Positions 43,384 to 54,113 of a stretch of DNA of 64,000 nt are shown piece by piece (positions within the stretch are counted from its first letter, which is position 1; the number at the start of each line of letters is the position of its first letter). The stretch is from Bdellovibrionota bacterium (GTDB lineage: Bacteria > Bdellovibrionota_C > UBA2361 > OMII01). Location of the stretch: contig JBIJBE010000005.1 of assembly GCA_044345405.1 (NCBI GenBank), positions 60,701-124,700 of the forward strand. Direction: 5' to 3'. A program made the translations under genes and the position numbers. The notes under the pieces are model-generated. The model was not told where the DNA came from. It saw only the letters and a list, made by a program, of their open reading frames with translations, and ran no database searches.

Positions 43384-44712
43384 TCAAAACTCCAACTCAA
43401 ACTGTTCCTGAACTCCTCTGAGGCGAACGGATTCCGGGTTTGGATTAGGAATCGCGAGGTCAAGAACCGCGAAGCCCCCTCGCATTCCATGTGCGATCGT
43501 CAGTATGGGGCCGCAGCTCCACGTCCCGCCATTGCGCACCTGGACGGATGCATGCTGAGGAGCCCTTGCCTGGTGTCCTCGAAGGAACAGGGTAAAGTTC
43601 CCAATCGACGCGAATGTTTCAAATCCCTTGAGTCCAAAGGCTACGCCAGGCCCCGGCTTTCCATCCTTTCCGCGCTCGAAATTTGGGCCGAACATATCGC
43701 CGCTTGTCGGGTCATCGAGGTCTGGATTGAGATCGCTCCATGTAATGTCCGCCGTTGTCTCGCGAACTGCTCGAGACGGGCGAGCATCCGCGTAGCGGGC
43801 GAGCGCTAGGAGATAGTCGTGATTCTCATCCTCAGTTCGAGGGGCCTCTCCATAGAGCCCCCTGAAGTCTCCCCGCACCGGAAACCCCGCATGAGCTACG
43901 TACGCTCCGTGGGGAGTAACGAGAGATGTAGGAAAAAGCGAGAAGACCTCATTGTAGAGGTGCCACAACCCCTCTCTTGCGAATTCTATGCGTCCAGCCG
44001 GGTTCGCTGGGAAGGAGAATTGGGTCTCTCTATCACACATCTCCGAAGAGACCTTGATTTCAATAAGCTCCTGCGTGATAGGATCGTTGACCTCCTCGCG
44101 TAACGAGGGAAACTGTCGTCGTTTCGTTACCTCACGATGTAAGCCGAGCTTATCCTCCCTTTGCACAAGCGGGCTCAATTCGTGATTGCCCGATAGGATC
44201 ACGATGTTTCGTGAGAAACCGTAGCGACACTTTAGCTCGAGAAGAAGGTCCACTAATGACGAACTTGAGGTGCTCCTATCGATGGTATCCCCCATGACGC
44301 AGAGGAATACCTGATCATTCGGATCGTTTTTTTGCCACCTCTCGATTAACCGCTCTTCATCAATAAGTCGCGCGACGAGGTCTCCACGCCCCTCGATATC
44401 GCTCATAAAATACGCGGTCCCCTTGGTTGGGAGCAAAGCCATCCGGCTGATCTGAAGAGAGGACCCTTCGACTAACTCTTGATGAAAACACCCCTCAAGG
44501 TGGCCGCGAGCCTCAAAGAGGAGTTTGGCTGTCTCAACGAGGCTCCTCTCTTTGCACACCGTAAGGATGTCAGCGGCCCTCGGGATCGTGACGGGCTTAG
44601 GCGCGGTGAGGGAGTGATACGGGGAGGTTCCCTCGGTAGCACTCACCTTCCGACCATCAGCCAGTCCCTCTACAACTACCGGAATGTCGGAGCGATCGGG
44701 TCCCCTTTTCAT
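43384..44712 (-). CDS. PPP-family (calcineurin-like) Ser/Thr phosphatase-like metallophosphoesterase
   Basis: SDIEG, GDTIDR, GNHE, HAG, DITWSD, N..RG...FG, RGHQ. Confidence 0.8.
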   Translation of the reverse strand: MKRGPDRSDIPVVVEGLADGRKVSATEGTSPYHSLTAPKPVTIPRAADILTVCKERSLVETAKLLFEARGHLEGCFHQELVEGSSLQISRMALLPTKGTAYFMSDIEGRGDLVARLIDEERLIERWQKNDPNDQVFLCVMGDTIDRSTSSSSLVDLLLELKCRYGFSRNIVILSGNHELSPLVQREDKLGLHREVTKRRQFPSLREEVNDPITQELIEIKVSSEMCDRETQFSFPANPAGRIEFAREGLWHLYNEVFSLFPTSLVTPHGAYVAHAGFPVRGDFRGLYGEAPRTEDENHDYLLALARYADARPSRAVRETTADITWSDLNPDLDDPTSGDMFGPNFERGKDGKPGPGVAFGLKGFETFASIGNFTLFLRGHQARAPQHASVQVRNGGTWSCGPILTIAHGMRGGFAVLDLAIPNPNPESVRLRGVQEQFELEF

Positions 44713-44850
44713 GACGTTACCGGCAGCTTGGCGGACGCGTCTAACCCCGTGGAAGGGACTAGGTAGTAGGACGATCTACTTGGAATCCATGAAATGAACG
44801 CGCTGTTATGCATTACTCCCTCGTACTTCCAGGCGTGGCCCATTTGAGTA

Positions 44851-45690
44851 TCACAAGCCCTCTGCCTTGGCAGAGGCTCTAGCACCCTCAATAACACACG
44901 ACACCGTCACCGATTCCGCGGCGACGTTACCCTCAATGTCCCGTTGAAATTGCTCGAAGGAATAGGGAATAGGCTGATTGTTTACGTCGAATTTAAATAC
45001 CTCTACTTGTGTCGGCTTCATGAGGTCATCGTAGTTTTCGGGGCGATCCGGCGCGTTCTCTGGAATCTCCCGCATAGTGAGTTTAACTCGCTCGCCGCTA
45101 GCCATCTCCCACAGGTACGTTAACGTGGTGTTCTCTTTTACATATGACAACACCCCGATCGTACCCAAATGTCCGTTCAATGAGGGATTGTCCATGGCGA
45201 AGAATTCGGCACTCTCCATGCGAGCGAACCGACTAGGATCGAAGAGGGCGATACACGGATTAGCCACCGCAACGGCAAGTGTAGGTCCCGACTCATCTTG
45301 ATCGATAAACCACTCCACACGAACCATGCCGGCGGCTTTAGTGGTCTCACTGATCTGACCGTATTGTGTGGCGTTTGTAAGCAGTTCATCCACCACCCAT
45401 TTCGCCGCGACTTTCCCGATGCCACGCCTATCAGCCTCGTCAACGACAGCATCCAGATGGAGAGCTATCTGGGACTTCGCCGCTGCCGCAAGCTCTGGAT
45501 CTCGGGTATGTTTATCGAGGCTAAAATAACGCTCCTCAAAGGGATACGCGATCCACAACTCGCCGTGGTCTACATCTCTCATGGGAGGTGACCAGATATC
45601 CTTAATCGATGGATACGTTTCGTTACTAAGGTCAAATGGAGATGCGGTAGGCACCTCGCCCTTCGTTGCAGTAAGAAGTGATGACACCAT
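44851..45690 (-). CDS. Hypothetical protein with a degenerate GHKL/anti-sigma-factor-like domain
   Basis: VVDELLTNATQYG N-box; G boxes degenerate (ANPCIALFDP, GHLG); AAGGAG SD. Confidence 0.5.
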   Translation of the reverse strand: MVSSLLTATKGEVPTASPFDLSNETYPSIKDIWSPPMRDVDHGELWIAYPFEERYFSLDKHTRDPELAAAAKSQIALHLDAVVDEADRRGIGKVAAKWVVDELLTNATQYGQISETTKAAGMVRVEWFIDQDESGPTLAVAVANPCIALFDPSRFARMESAEFFAMDNPSLNGHLGTIGVLSYVKENTTLTYLWEMASGERVKLTMREIPENAPDRPENYDDLMKPTQVEVFKFDVNNQPIPYSFEQFQRDIEGNVAAESVTVSCVIEGARASAKAEGL

Positions 45691-46139
45691 GATTCGCTCC
45701 TTCGATAGGGCATTCCGAAGCCCGCGAGGCGATCCTAGCGTGAGTCACCTGTCCATCGAAGCGATTTTATTCGCCGCGATCCTGTTCGACCCCCTATCGT
45801 CCCCCCATGAGAAATTATGAACCTAACGGCGCTCGGAGTGCCTTTGCGACGACAAACGCCACTCAAAAACGTTACAACGTCATAATCATGAGAGTAGGCG
45901 GAGTTGTTAAATCCACAATTATATAGAGCAGTTATGCGACTCCCCTCACGTATGCATCGATAATGTGGTGTCTCCGCCCTGTCCATTCCTCACCCGACCT
46001 ACATCGAACGGACTGCGCTCGAACCGAACAAAGTCAGCTACATGGCGAGGTAGCAAGCGACGTCATTGTCACCCTCATATGCCGAACTTTTTCCGCCAAG
46101 AGAGGGTTTCAGCAATAGTCGAGAAGAGCCGGTTTGCCT

Positions 46140-47699
46140 CTACCAGTAGAAGTTCACCAAGAAGGCATCGGGATTTTCTTTAAATCCTGGAGGCGGCTTT
46201 TCGGCTCCAGCCGGACCGGTCATCGGCCACCGCCACTTGACGCGCGTTCGTCTCGACAACACGCTTGCGGCGCAAGGCTTACCGCCGACGGAACAGGTGA
46301 TGATCGGTTTCTTAAAGAAGCCGGGTGCGGGAATCTCGGGTTGTACAGGGTACGGGAGTTCATCGGTGAATTGAGCTAACGCCTCTTTCGAAACACCTAA
46401 TGAACGAAACGGTATCGTCACCCATCCACCACGAGGACCAACTGCCTTATTTGTGGGCAACGAGAAGTTGAAGGACTTTCCTAATTCGTTGAAGGTGAGG
46501 GTTAGCGTCGTTTGATTCTCAGATACTTTTTTCCCCTCGTCGCTCACGCCAAATAGTTTAATGCCGGGATAAGGGCTGGGAAGCTGCTTATTCCGGACGT
46601 TCTGATAGAACATCGCGATAAAATTCTCTCGGCAAAAGGGAATAATAACAGAACCGTTCGGGAATACCGCGAGAAACTGCGGATAGTCGAGTCGATCGAT
46701 GAGGGTCTTTAATTCTCCGTCAGGAGAGATCTTTCCCAACACGCCGCTATTTCCTTGGTCCTTCTCGTTCGCCTCAGTGGTAAAATAGAGATTTCCGGAG
46801 GCATCGAATCCAACTCCCCGTGTGCGCCCGAGCCCGCTCGCGATAGTCGTTATCTCGCCAGGCTTTTTCATACTCGTGCTGCGAATCGAACCGCCAACGA
46901 TCTGCTTTGGATCCGCATACTCCCCGTACTGCGCCCAGTAGAATCTTCCCTTGTAGATCGCGAGCCCATTCGCGGAATCCTTAATCGGCAACTTGAACTC
47001 CTGTCGTAGATTCGGCATGCCGCTCTCAGTCAACTGATCAGGATTAATGGAAACTATCACACGTTCGGCCTCAAGGATGAAGTAAATCCTCTTTCCGTGG
47101 ACGACAAGGTTGCGGGGACGTCGTATGTTCGTCACAAGGGGTTTGAGAAACGCCTTTCCGGAAGCATCAAATTCGACTCGATTCACGGAGCCCAGATACT
47201 TGCCGTTTTTATCTTTGTCGTCTGAGAGATCGAGACCAACGTAGATGCGGTTTCTGGAATCAACCGCGACACCGTAGAGACCGGGTTGCTCGGTGAGGAT
47301 GGGCTCCAAACCTTTAGGACTAAGCTTCATTAAGCGCCGCTTGGCGAATTCAGTAAAATAGATGGTCCCATCTGAACCGTAGGCCGCCGCTTGACTGTAA
47401 TGGGAGGGAGCGAAGAGCCACGCGGAGCCCTCAGTGAGTTTGGAGATGATCGGCCCAGCAGATGTCGACCCACTGGATTGCGCGTGAGCTTTCATCGTGA
47501 GCGAAGCGAGGAGGAGCACCAAAACAGTCAGTATCGCTCTCTCGATAACGACCGTGCCGACCCGCTTAGTACACCACAAAATGTTCCCCATGATTATCCA
47601 GGTGCTAACCAAATCCCGCTTTTCTAGCAGGGATGAATTTGGACGCGCTTCCGAAGGAGAGGGTCGACCGAATGGAGGTAGAGCTTTAGATACTGGCAC
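46140..47699 (-). CDS. Secreted beta-propeller protein (NHL/SMP-30-like)
   Basis: Repeats of G-V-A-V-D..N.IY, GLAI...YW, GVGFD..GNLYF; internal signal peptide (AHA-Q) means the real start is probably downstream of 47699. Confidence 0.65.
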   Translation of the reverse strand: MPVSKALPPFGRPSPSEARPNSSLLEKRDLVSTWIIMGNILWCTKRVGTVVIERAILTVLVLLLASLTMKAHAQSSGSTSAGPIISKLTEGSAWLFAPSHYSQAAAYGSDGTIYFTEFAKRRLMKLSPKGLEPILTEQPGLYGVAVDSRNRIYVGLDLSDDKDKNGKYLGSVNRVEFDASGKAFLKPLVTNIRRPRNLVVHGKRIYFILEAERVIVSINPDQLTESGMPNLRQEFKLPIKDSANGLAIYKGRFYWAQYGEYADPKQIVGGSIRSTSMKKPGEITTIASGLGRTRGVGFDASGNLYFTTEANEKDQGNSGVLGKISPDGELKTLIDRLDYPQFLAVFPNGSVIIPFCRENFIAMFYQNVRNKQLPSPYPGIKLFGVSDEGKKVSENQTTLTLTFNELGKSFNFSLPTNKAVGPRGGWVTIPFRSLGVSKEALAQFTDELPYPVQPEIPAPGFFKKPIITCSVGGKPCAASVLSRRTRVKWRWPMTGPAGAEKPPPGFKENPDAFLVNFYW

Positions 47700-47776
47700 T
47701 TTTTCGATGAGAGGCTATCCCGTCTATCCCCTTGATCTCCCGTACTCCACGAGGGACGGAGTCCCGGTTCGTCCTT

Positions 47777-48892
47777 TCAGGATAGCGGACCTTCAACAAC
47801 CTTACCTTGCTTGACTTTTTTTATTACAAAATCGCTTGATTGTATCCCACCCCAATCGTTAAAGCGCACAGGACCGAACGTTACGGTAGTGAACTCATTC
47901 GCGCGAAGATAGTCGCGAAGAGCTTCAGGGCTTTGCTTATTGGAGCTCAAGGCTTGAAGAAGGATCATCGTCGCGTCATACGCTGTGGATGCGCTCAAAA
48001 CAGGATCGGCTTTGTAACGGGCTCGATACCGTCCAGCAAATGTCGTGTCACGGATTCGTGGAGAGATATAGCTCACATTCTCAAAGAGGGGTGCCCACTC
48101 CGTCTGCGAAACGTATCCATCGAGATAGTCAGTGCCATATAGGGGAAGGATAGCTCGTAGCTCTTTCCGCTGCTTCAAAAAGGTGAGCAGGTTACTCTCG
48201 CTACCAAAACCCACAAGAGCGCAGTCAGCTTTAGCCCCGCTCGACGTAACGAGCATCGATTTGAAGTCAGCACCACTTAGATCAAAAGAGTTATCCGATA
48301 CGATCTCAAGCCCCAGGGCGGGAGCCCTCCGTTGAACGATCGCTCGAATGGACTGAAAAAAAGGATCCTGATCAAACGCGAGGATGATTCGCTTTCTGTT
48401 ATCCCGGTAAACTTGCTTAAGAAGGAGCTCTACCTCTGTCTCAAGATTGAACCAGGTCGAAAAAGCCAAAAGATACTGCTCGGCTGATTTTTTAAATACA
48501 ATCGGGGCCCCACTCGGCGTGAGAAGAAAGACCTTCTCTCTATCCGCGACGGGCAAAACGGATTGATAACTATCGAGCCACGTCGGACCCAGAATGATTC
48601 GAGCGCTGTTGAATGAGATGAGTTTTCGGATCGCGTTGAGTGTCTGTATGTTAGTGCTTTGTGTATCCTCGACGACGAGCCTTACCTTTTTGCCGTCAAT
48701 GGTCCCTCTTTCATTGAAGGTTTCGACCGCAAGCAGCGTTCCGTTCGCTTCGACAGCGCCAAAAGTTGACCCGACCCCGGTCAATGCGTAGGCGGCATAC
48801 AGATCAAGGGTCGGCTTGGTCTCGGCAGCTCCCGTCGTTCCAACGATTAGAAATGAAAACAACGAAAGGCAGGTCGCGACTAGGTGTCTCAT
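47777..48892 (-). CDS. LivJ-like ABC substrate-binding protein (orphan)
   Basis: Signal peptide; LTG....G, VEDT, ILGP, DF, YDA pattern; no permease adjacent. Confidence 0.8.
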   Translation of the reverse strand: MRHLVATCLSLFSFLIVGTTGAAETKPTLDLYAAYALTGVGSTFGAVEANGTLLAVETFNERGTIDGKKVRLVVEDTQSTNIQTLNAIRKLISFNSARIILGPTWLDSYQSVLPVADREKVFLLTPSGAPIVFKKSAEQYLLAFSTWFNLETEVELLLKQVYRDNRKRIILAFDQDPFFQSIRAIVQRRAPALGLEIVSDNSFDLSGADFKSMLVTSSGAKADCALVGFGSESNLLTFLKQRKELRAILPLYGTDYLDGYVSQTEWAPLFENVSYISPRIRDTTFAGRYRARYKADPVLSASTAYDATMILLQALSSNKQSPEALRDYLRANEFTTVTFGPVRFNDWGGIQSSDFVIKKVKQGKVVEGPLS

Positions 48893-49322
48893 AAGGTACT
48901 CTCGCACAATCCCTATGAGAGCCAGAGTACCCGGAATCGTGTCGGCATGGGAAGAAGGCGACGCGTCTTCCAACCAAATATAAAGATCGAAAGGTACGCG
49001 CCGTCACGTAAATACCGACCACCGGCTGGTACCTGGAATCCCCGAGCTATCGAGAGCGAAGCCAGTTCTCCTCCAATTCGCGCGACTAATTCACGATTCG
49101 TGCCGATATCATAGAAGAACTGGATTCTACTAAAAGTGGACTTTTACATCCTCCTCGATAGGCATCGATACTACATTTGAAACAGATACGGACTGCATCC
49201 TGGCGGTTTTAATGCTCCTTGGGAGCAGCAGGAAACAAGTCTTTACCATTTCGAACAAGACTGGCGCGGACCTCTAGCGCTAACGCGCACGACCGCGCTT
49301 TTGGCCAGCGAGCGTTTGTTAG

Positions 49323-50621
49323 GTGAACGAAATTCGTTACACTCCCACCATGACTAGCAAAGGCAGCATCTCGACTCATTCGTCTGACCAGGCCGCTTCA
49401 CGCCGTCCTCACGATGGCATGGGGGCGGGTAACTTAGCGCCTCTCCAGGGTGACGGAGACATCCTAGCGTCGACCGACTTTCAGATCTCCTCCGACTCCG
49501 ACGACGCGTTGCACATGGAGCTCTATCGCCGATTCGATTCGGCAATGGGTAGTTGCAAATATTTCTCGTTGAACGAAGTCGCATTCGCCCCAGCAGCGCC
49601 ACGGATTCCGGCACTACTTGCTGAGACATTAAAAGATCCGGAGAATCGTTCATGCGCCTGGCGCTATTTTGGAACCCTTGGTATCGACGGCGCGTTTTCC
49701 GCCACGGAACGACGAGCTCTCTGTATCGGACTCCTCTCCTACGTGAATCAAGACCGAGCCGAGTGCGTCATCCCCCTTATCGAGATGGCGCTCTACGCGA
49801 GCGATCATCGAGATATGCCGCTTTACAAGGCGATCGGAGAGGTGGCTCGAGCCGCGGGCCTCGGAAGGGAGCTCGCGGCTGCGACCGTCTCTGGATTTTG
49901 CAAGCTTTCTAGCTATAATGCGGTCACGGAGACCGCATTCCATCCATGGATCGCCATCCTGGCCCATTCAGATAGCGAAACGGTGTATGCTCAGATAGCG
50001 GAGACTCTCGCCGCGCGCGTTGGAAACAGGCAGCCGGGAACGTACGATCACCTTCTGAGAACGTTGTGCCAATCTCCCTCGCCACACGCAGTATCAGCGC
50101 TCCGTTTAATGGTAACCGCTCCTTATCCCCCTATCGCCGATGAGATCCCAAAGCCGCGTTCCCTGAAAGTCGGCCTCTGGACCGGCACCCTGCTCTGCCT
50201 CGCAACGGTGGCGGCCCAAGGATTTCTTCACGCGGCGACGGCTTTTCTGCGATCTGAGGAACTAGGGATGGCTGTCATGACGGCGCTGCTTTCTCCACAA
50301 GTCTGGACCGTTGGAGCATCGGCCGGCACCCTGTGTGGCCTTACGCTCGTAGGATGGATGTGGAAGGAACGAAGAAAGGCGATCGAGTTCTTCGACGCCA
50401 TTCGAGACTTTTTCAAAAGCTCAGATTACCTGCACTTCGCTGAGCGGGTGTACGCGGGACTAGGAGAGTCAGCTTCACGTAATCCCTACGCCACATCTCT
50501 TCGAGTTCACATGGAGCACTCCGACGTACACGCTTCGGCAGTAGAAACATGGAAGAGACTCTATCCTGTGCACTACTACTATGAGGGCAGGCGACATGCC
50601 GGAGCGCACCGTGAAAGCTAG
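49323..50621 (+). CDS. Hypothetical helical protein with 2-3 C-terminal TM segments
   Basis: 432-codon ORF; hydrophobic stretches around residues 282-348; start uncertain. Confidence 0.6.
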   Translation: MNEIRYTPTMTSKGSISTHSSDQAASRRPHDGMGAGNLAPLQGDGDILASTDFQISSDSDDALHMELYRRFDSAMGSCKYFSLNEVAFAPAAPRIPALLAETLKDPENRSCAWRYFGTLGIDGAFSATERRALCIGLLSYVNQDRAECVIPLIEMALYASDHRDMPLYKAIGEVARAAGLGRELAAATVSGFCKLSSYNAVTETAFHPWIAILAHSDSETVYAQIAETLAARVGNRQPGTYDHLLRTLCQSPSPHAVSALRLMVTAPYPPIADEIPKPRSLKVGLWTGTLLCLATVAAQGFLHAATAFLRSEELGMAVMTALLSPQVWTVGASAGTLCGLTLVGWMWKERRKAIEFFDAIRDFFKSSDYLHFAERVYAGLGESASRNPYATSLRVHMEHSDVHASAVETWKRLYPVHYYYEGRRHAGAHRES

Positions 50622-51120
50622 AGACAATTTTCCGGGAGGAACCATAACGATGGCAAACGGTCCGAGGAATACATCCGCACCCCCACTCGCGGAGGATCTT
50701 CTCAGGCTCGCGTGCGCTTCCCGGGCGCTACTTGAACAACGTCCCGACCTTCGAGGCATGAGACGAGAGGAGCTCGCGGAACTCACCCTCCGACAGATTG
50801 AGCGGGATCAACTCTCACATGAGGTTCTCACCTCTTTTTCTCCCCGATGCGCCTACTTTCGAAGCCAAGTCGCGGCGGTTGCGGATCAAAAAGCACAACA
50901 ACAACTTGGAGGCGCTGAGATAGCCCTTGATCTAAGCAACGCGCTTCCAGCCGCTCTGGCGGGACTCTCCCTTTCCCCTTCGTGCAGAGCACTCGCCGCC
51001 GAGCAGTTACTGTCTCTTACCGACCAAAACGCCAACAATTTCTCAAGACTGGTGGGTGTCCCAGAAGCGGAGCCGCAGTCATCGCGCAAGGAGCCTCCTC
51101 ACTATCCGACCCTACGGTAG
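50581..51120 (+). CDS. Hypothetical protein
   Basis: Open frame; GGAGG before an internal ATG near 50650 suggests a later start. Confidence 0.5.
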   Translation: MRAGDMPERTVKARDNFPGGTITMANGPRNTSAPPLAEDLLRLACASRALLEQRPDLRGMRREELAELTLRQIERDQLSHEVLTSFSPRCAYFRSQVAAVADQKAQQQLGGAEIALDLSNALPAALAGLSLSPSCRALAAEQLLSLTDQNANNFSRLVGVPEAEPQSSRKEPPHYPTLR

Positions 51121-51227
51121 ATGGTGCCTCCGTTGCTTCTTTTTCCCTGCGGCACTCAGTGGATCTTTCACACTCTCATCACTCAAGAGACGGGGGATAG
51201 CCTTATTACTCGGATCTACTTTAGCGA

Positions 51228-52874
51228 TTGACGTGTCTCGGGGGCTGGGTGAATGCTCCATCCGTGATGACCAAAGGAAAGATATCTTCCTGCATACTGA
51301 TTTTTCTATGCGCGATTATCGTGCGGGCTGTCGGCGTCCCCTTCTTCTTTTTCAGTCCAGATGAGTTGATGGATCTTGGGGTCTCTCAGGGGGCGTCTTT
51401 ACGAGAGGTACTTCACCGTTCAACGGTCGAGGTGCATCCACCACTGGAGCAGTTGATGAAGAGACTACTCCTCTGGAGCACCGACAATGTGGCAGTCATT
51501 CGCGGTGTCTACTGTTGCTTGGGACTGATGGCGGTGACCGCGCTCTCACTGGCGGCATATACGGTTGGCGGCCTCAGCGCTGGATTAACGTGCTTTACGA
51601 TCGCCGCTTTTGTGCCGGCATATGTCTCTATCTCTCTTCTCGTTCGTGGCTATGGGCTGTTCGCGCTAGCGATTGCGCTCGCCCTTCGTGAGTTCTTCCT
51701 CCTTGGCAAAAGTCCATCCCCATATACAACCGGTCGAAGCTGGGCGCTGGCGCTATGGCTCGCCCTGGCGTGCGCGACTAACTTCGCTGGCTTTCCGTTT
51801 GCCTGCGCGATCCTACTCTCACTTGCTTCGCTTCTCGCTACAAACCGAAGTCCGACCAGATATATGTACATAGGTACGATAGCCGCGGCTCTAGCTCTTG
51901 AGGGAGCGGTTCTTTGGTGGTGGTACTTCTCACCGGAGACCGGAGCCGCTGAATGGCGCGCCATGAGTAGGAGCCCCTACTTCGAGCAATGCGCCGCGTT
52001 TCAATCCCTATCTTTATGGGTCGTACGACTTTTGACCCTCTTTGTACCCCTTCCTGTTAATCTGATACCTGCCGAATTATTTGTGACAGTCGGCGCGGCG
52101 CTTGTTGTCCTCTATGTGAGAGCACTGGCGCGTTTACGAAACACACACCGGGAACTTGTCGTGTTTGCCTGCATCGCGTGGGGGCTCTCAACAGCGCTTA
52201 ATTTCGCGGGTTTTTACCCACTGGTTGGCCCCCGCCACTCAATTTGGCTCTTACCGGGGATCTTCATTCCTCTCTCGGTCGTTTGGGGACACTTCATTCT
52301 GGCGCATCCCCGCGTTATCGGATTGCTCGTTGTGACGATAACCGCGTTTTCTCTCAAGGGTTGGTACTTTAACCATACCAACGACTTTCCCCTTCCGACC
52401 GCCAATTATCAGGCGGCGAAAGATTTCATTCAGAGAGAGGTCGCTACCGAGGATATTATCATTACCGATCGATTCGGCTTACTCTACGTGTTGTATGAAC
52501 AGGACAGGTTACGCACCTTCTATGAGCCTTCTGAGCCGATCTACTCAACGTCATTTTTAGGGCATCGCGTTCTGGCATCCACCCCCGAACGAAGGTGGCA
52601 ACTAACTCAGCAAGATATAACGCCACTCATGAACGAGCTCCAAACAAAATCAGCGCAAGAAGCGAAGGTCTGGCTGCTCTCTCTTGGATTCAAAGATAAT
52701 GTAATGGAGCAGTTACGGCGCTGCGCGGAGGAAAGACAGATCCCCCTGAGGACCATGGATCTTGCTGGCGTATCCATCGTCGGAGGTCAGACCAGGGACT
52801 TTACGAGGCTTTTCGGATCATCCAGCGAATGCTTCGCCGACTACCGGGACAATTTATGCGCTAAGAGAATATGA
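51228..52874 (+). CDS. GT-C fold glycosyltransferase (PMT/ArnT-like, GT39/GT83)
   Basis: First TM followed by DE motif (FSPDE), EVHPPL, S..VRGY; many TM helices plus a soluble C-terminal domain; start possibly ATG 51267. Confidence 0.75.
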   Translation: MTCLGGWVNAPSVMTKGKISSCILIFLCAIIVRAVGVPFFFFSPDELMDLGVSQGASLREVLHRSTVEVHPPLEQLMKRLLLWSTDNVAVIRGVYCCLGLMAVTALSLAAYTVGGLSAGLTCFTIAAFVPAYVSISLLVRGYGLFALAIALALREFFLLGKSPSPYTTGRSWALALWLALACATNFAGFPFACAILLSLASLLATNRSPTRYMYIGTIAAALALEGAVLWWWYFSPETGAAEWRAMSRSPYFEQCAAFQSLSLWVVRLLTLFVPLPVNLIPAELFVTVGAALVVLYVRALARLRNTHRELVVFACIAWGLSTALNFAGFYPLVGPRHSIWLLPGIFIPLSVVWGHFILAHPRVIGLLVVTITAFSLKGWYFNHTNDFPLPTANYQAAKDFIQREVATEDIIITDRFGLLYVLYEQDRLRTFYEPSEPIYSTSFLGHRVLASTPERRWQLTQQDITPLMNELQTKSAQEAKVWLLSLGFKDNVMEQLRRCAEERQIPLRTMDLAGVSIVGGQTRDFTRLFGSSSECFADYRDNLCAKRI

Positions 52875-53222
52875 GGACGATCTCCGTCGCGGCGCTGTAT
52901 CTTCCGCACCCGACCGCGCTAGTTTGAAAGCAAAGGCTACGAAGGTGCGCAACCCGTGAAAGACAGCCAGGTGCATAACCAGGCCTAGAAGAGCTTCCAT
53001 CTATTGGGTAAGCAATTCGTAGTGTGCTTATGTGTCAATCGGAAGGAGATCCGGAAAAATGTTAGAGCCTTCCCGAATCAACCGTTGGCCTGATATTAGA
53101 ATGAGAGTAACGTCAGGGGCGCGAATCGGGTCAAAATGTTCCAGAAAGTTGGCAGATAGTTCGTTTTTGGGTCCTAGATGCTATCCATCATGACCGGGCT
53201 CCTCGTGTGTTTTAGGTAACAT

Positions 53223-54113
53223 GTGCTTTTTGTCCTTATTCTCATCAACTCATTAGCTACGGCGCTCTACGTTATTCTATCCACCAAGCTGGTCCGACAT
53301 AGTGGGTTCAAGGTTTCCGACGTTCTCGCCGGGAGCCATGTAATCGCTTCCGTGGGATTGGCGTTCATTGTAAGCGCGGATGTGTCAGCAGGATCCATGG
53401 ATAGCTCCGCGTATTGGTTGATTGGCGCGTCTGTTCTCTTAAAGGCATGTTCCAAATGGTTGTATTTCTCCGCCCTCGCCCTCGGAGACGTGGCTCCTTT
53501 AAGCTTCATGAGTGCACTTATTCCTTTAATCGGCGCCGCGTTCGCGTATCTTTTTTCGGGACAGACCAACAGCGCAATTGACATTGCGGGAATTATCGCA
53601 GCCGTATCGCTGTTGGTATTTTCATTAAGGATCGAGCACCGAGCCGCTCGTAGAAAGTCGTTTATTACAGATCATCGGGCTATGAGCTGGACGATTGGAG
53701 CCCTCTCCGCCTTAGCTAATGGAATATCAGCCGTGACACTGATGATGGCGGTTATGCGAGTAGCGCCTCCGCTAGTCTCCTTTTTTAATACCGCGCTCGT
53801 TGCCTTCATATTTATGGGGTACTCGGCGCGTCCAGCCGCTCAGGGGAGTCGCGGGGGAATCCCTTTTTTGTCGATATTCCGTCTACCGGAATTATGGCTC
53901 ATCTCGCTTTTTTTTCTGCTCAGTCACCTCACGCATACCTACCTCTTTACTATCGCGCCTGTGGGACTTGTGCTCGCTTTGGAGCGTTTGAACGTTTCCA
54001 TGCAAGTGATTCTGGCAAAACTTATCTTGGGCGAGAACGATAATTTTCCGCTCAGATTGCTGTGTGCGGTCGCGTTTATGGGTATCACTCTTCTTACTGA
54101 GGTTCTGCGTTGA
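53223..54113 (+). CDS. DMT/EamA-superfamily transporter
   Basis: About 10 hydrophobic segments in two repeats within 296 aa; YFSAL..GDV...S......P pattern. Confidence 0.75.
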   Translation: MLFVLILINSLATALYVILSTKLVRHSGFKVSDVLAGSHVIASVGLAFIVSADVSAGSMDSSAYWLIGASVLLKACSKWLYFSALALGDVAPLSFMSALIPLIGAAFAYLFSGQTNSAIDIAGIIAAVSLLVFSLRIEHRAARRKSFITDHRAMSWTIGALSALANGISAVTLMMAVMRVAPPLVSFFNTALVAFIFMGYSARPAAQGSRGGIPFLSIFRLPELWLISLFFLLSHLTHTYLFTIAPVGLVLALERLNVSMQVILAKLILGENDNFPLRLLCAVAFMGITLLTEVLR

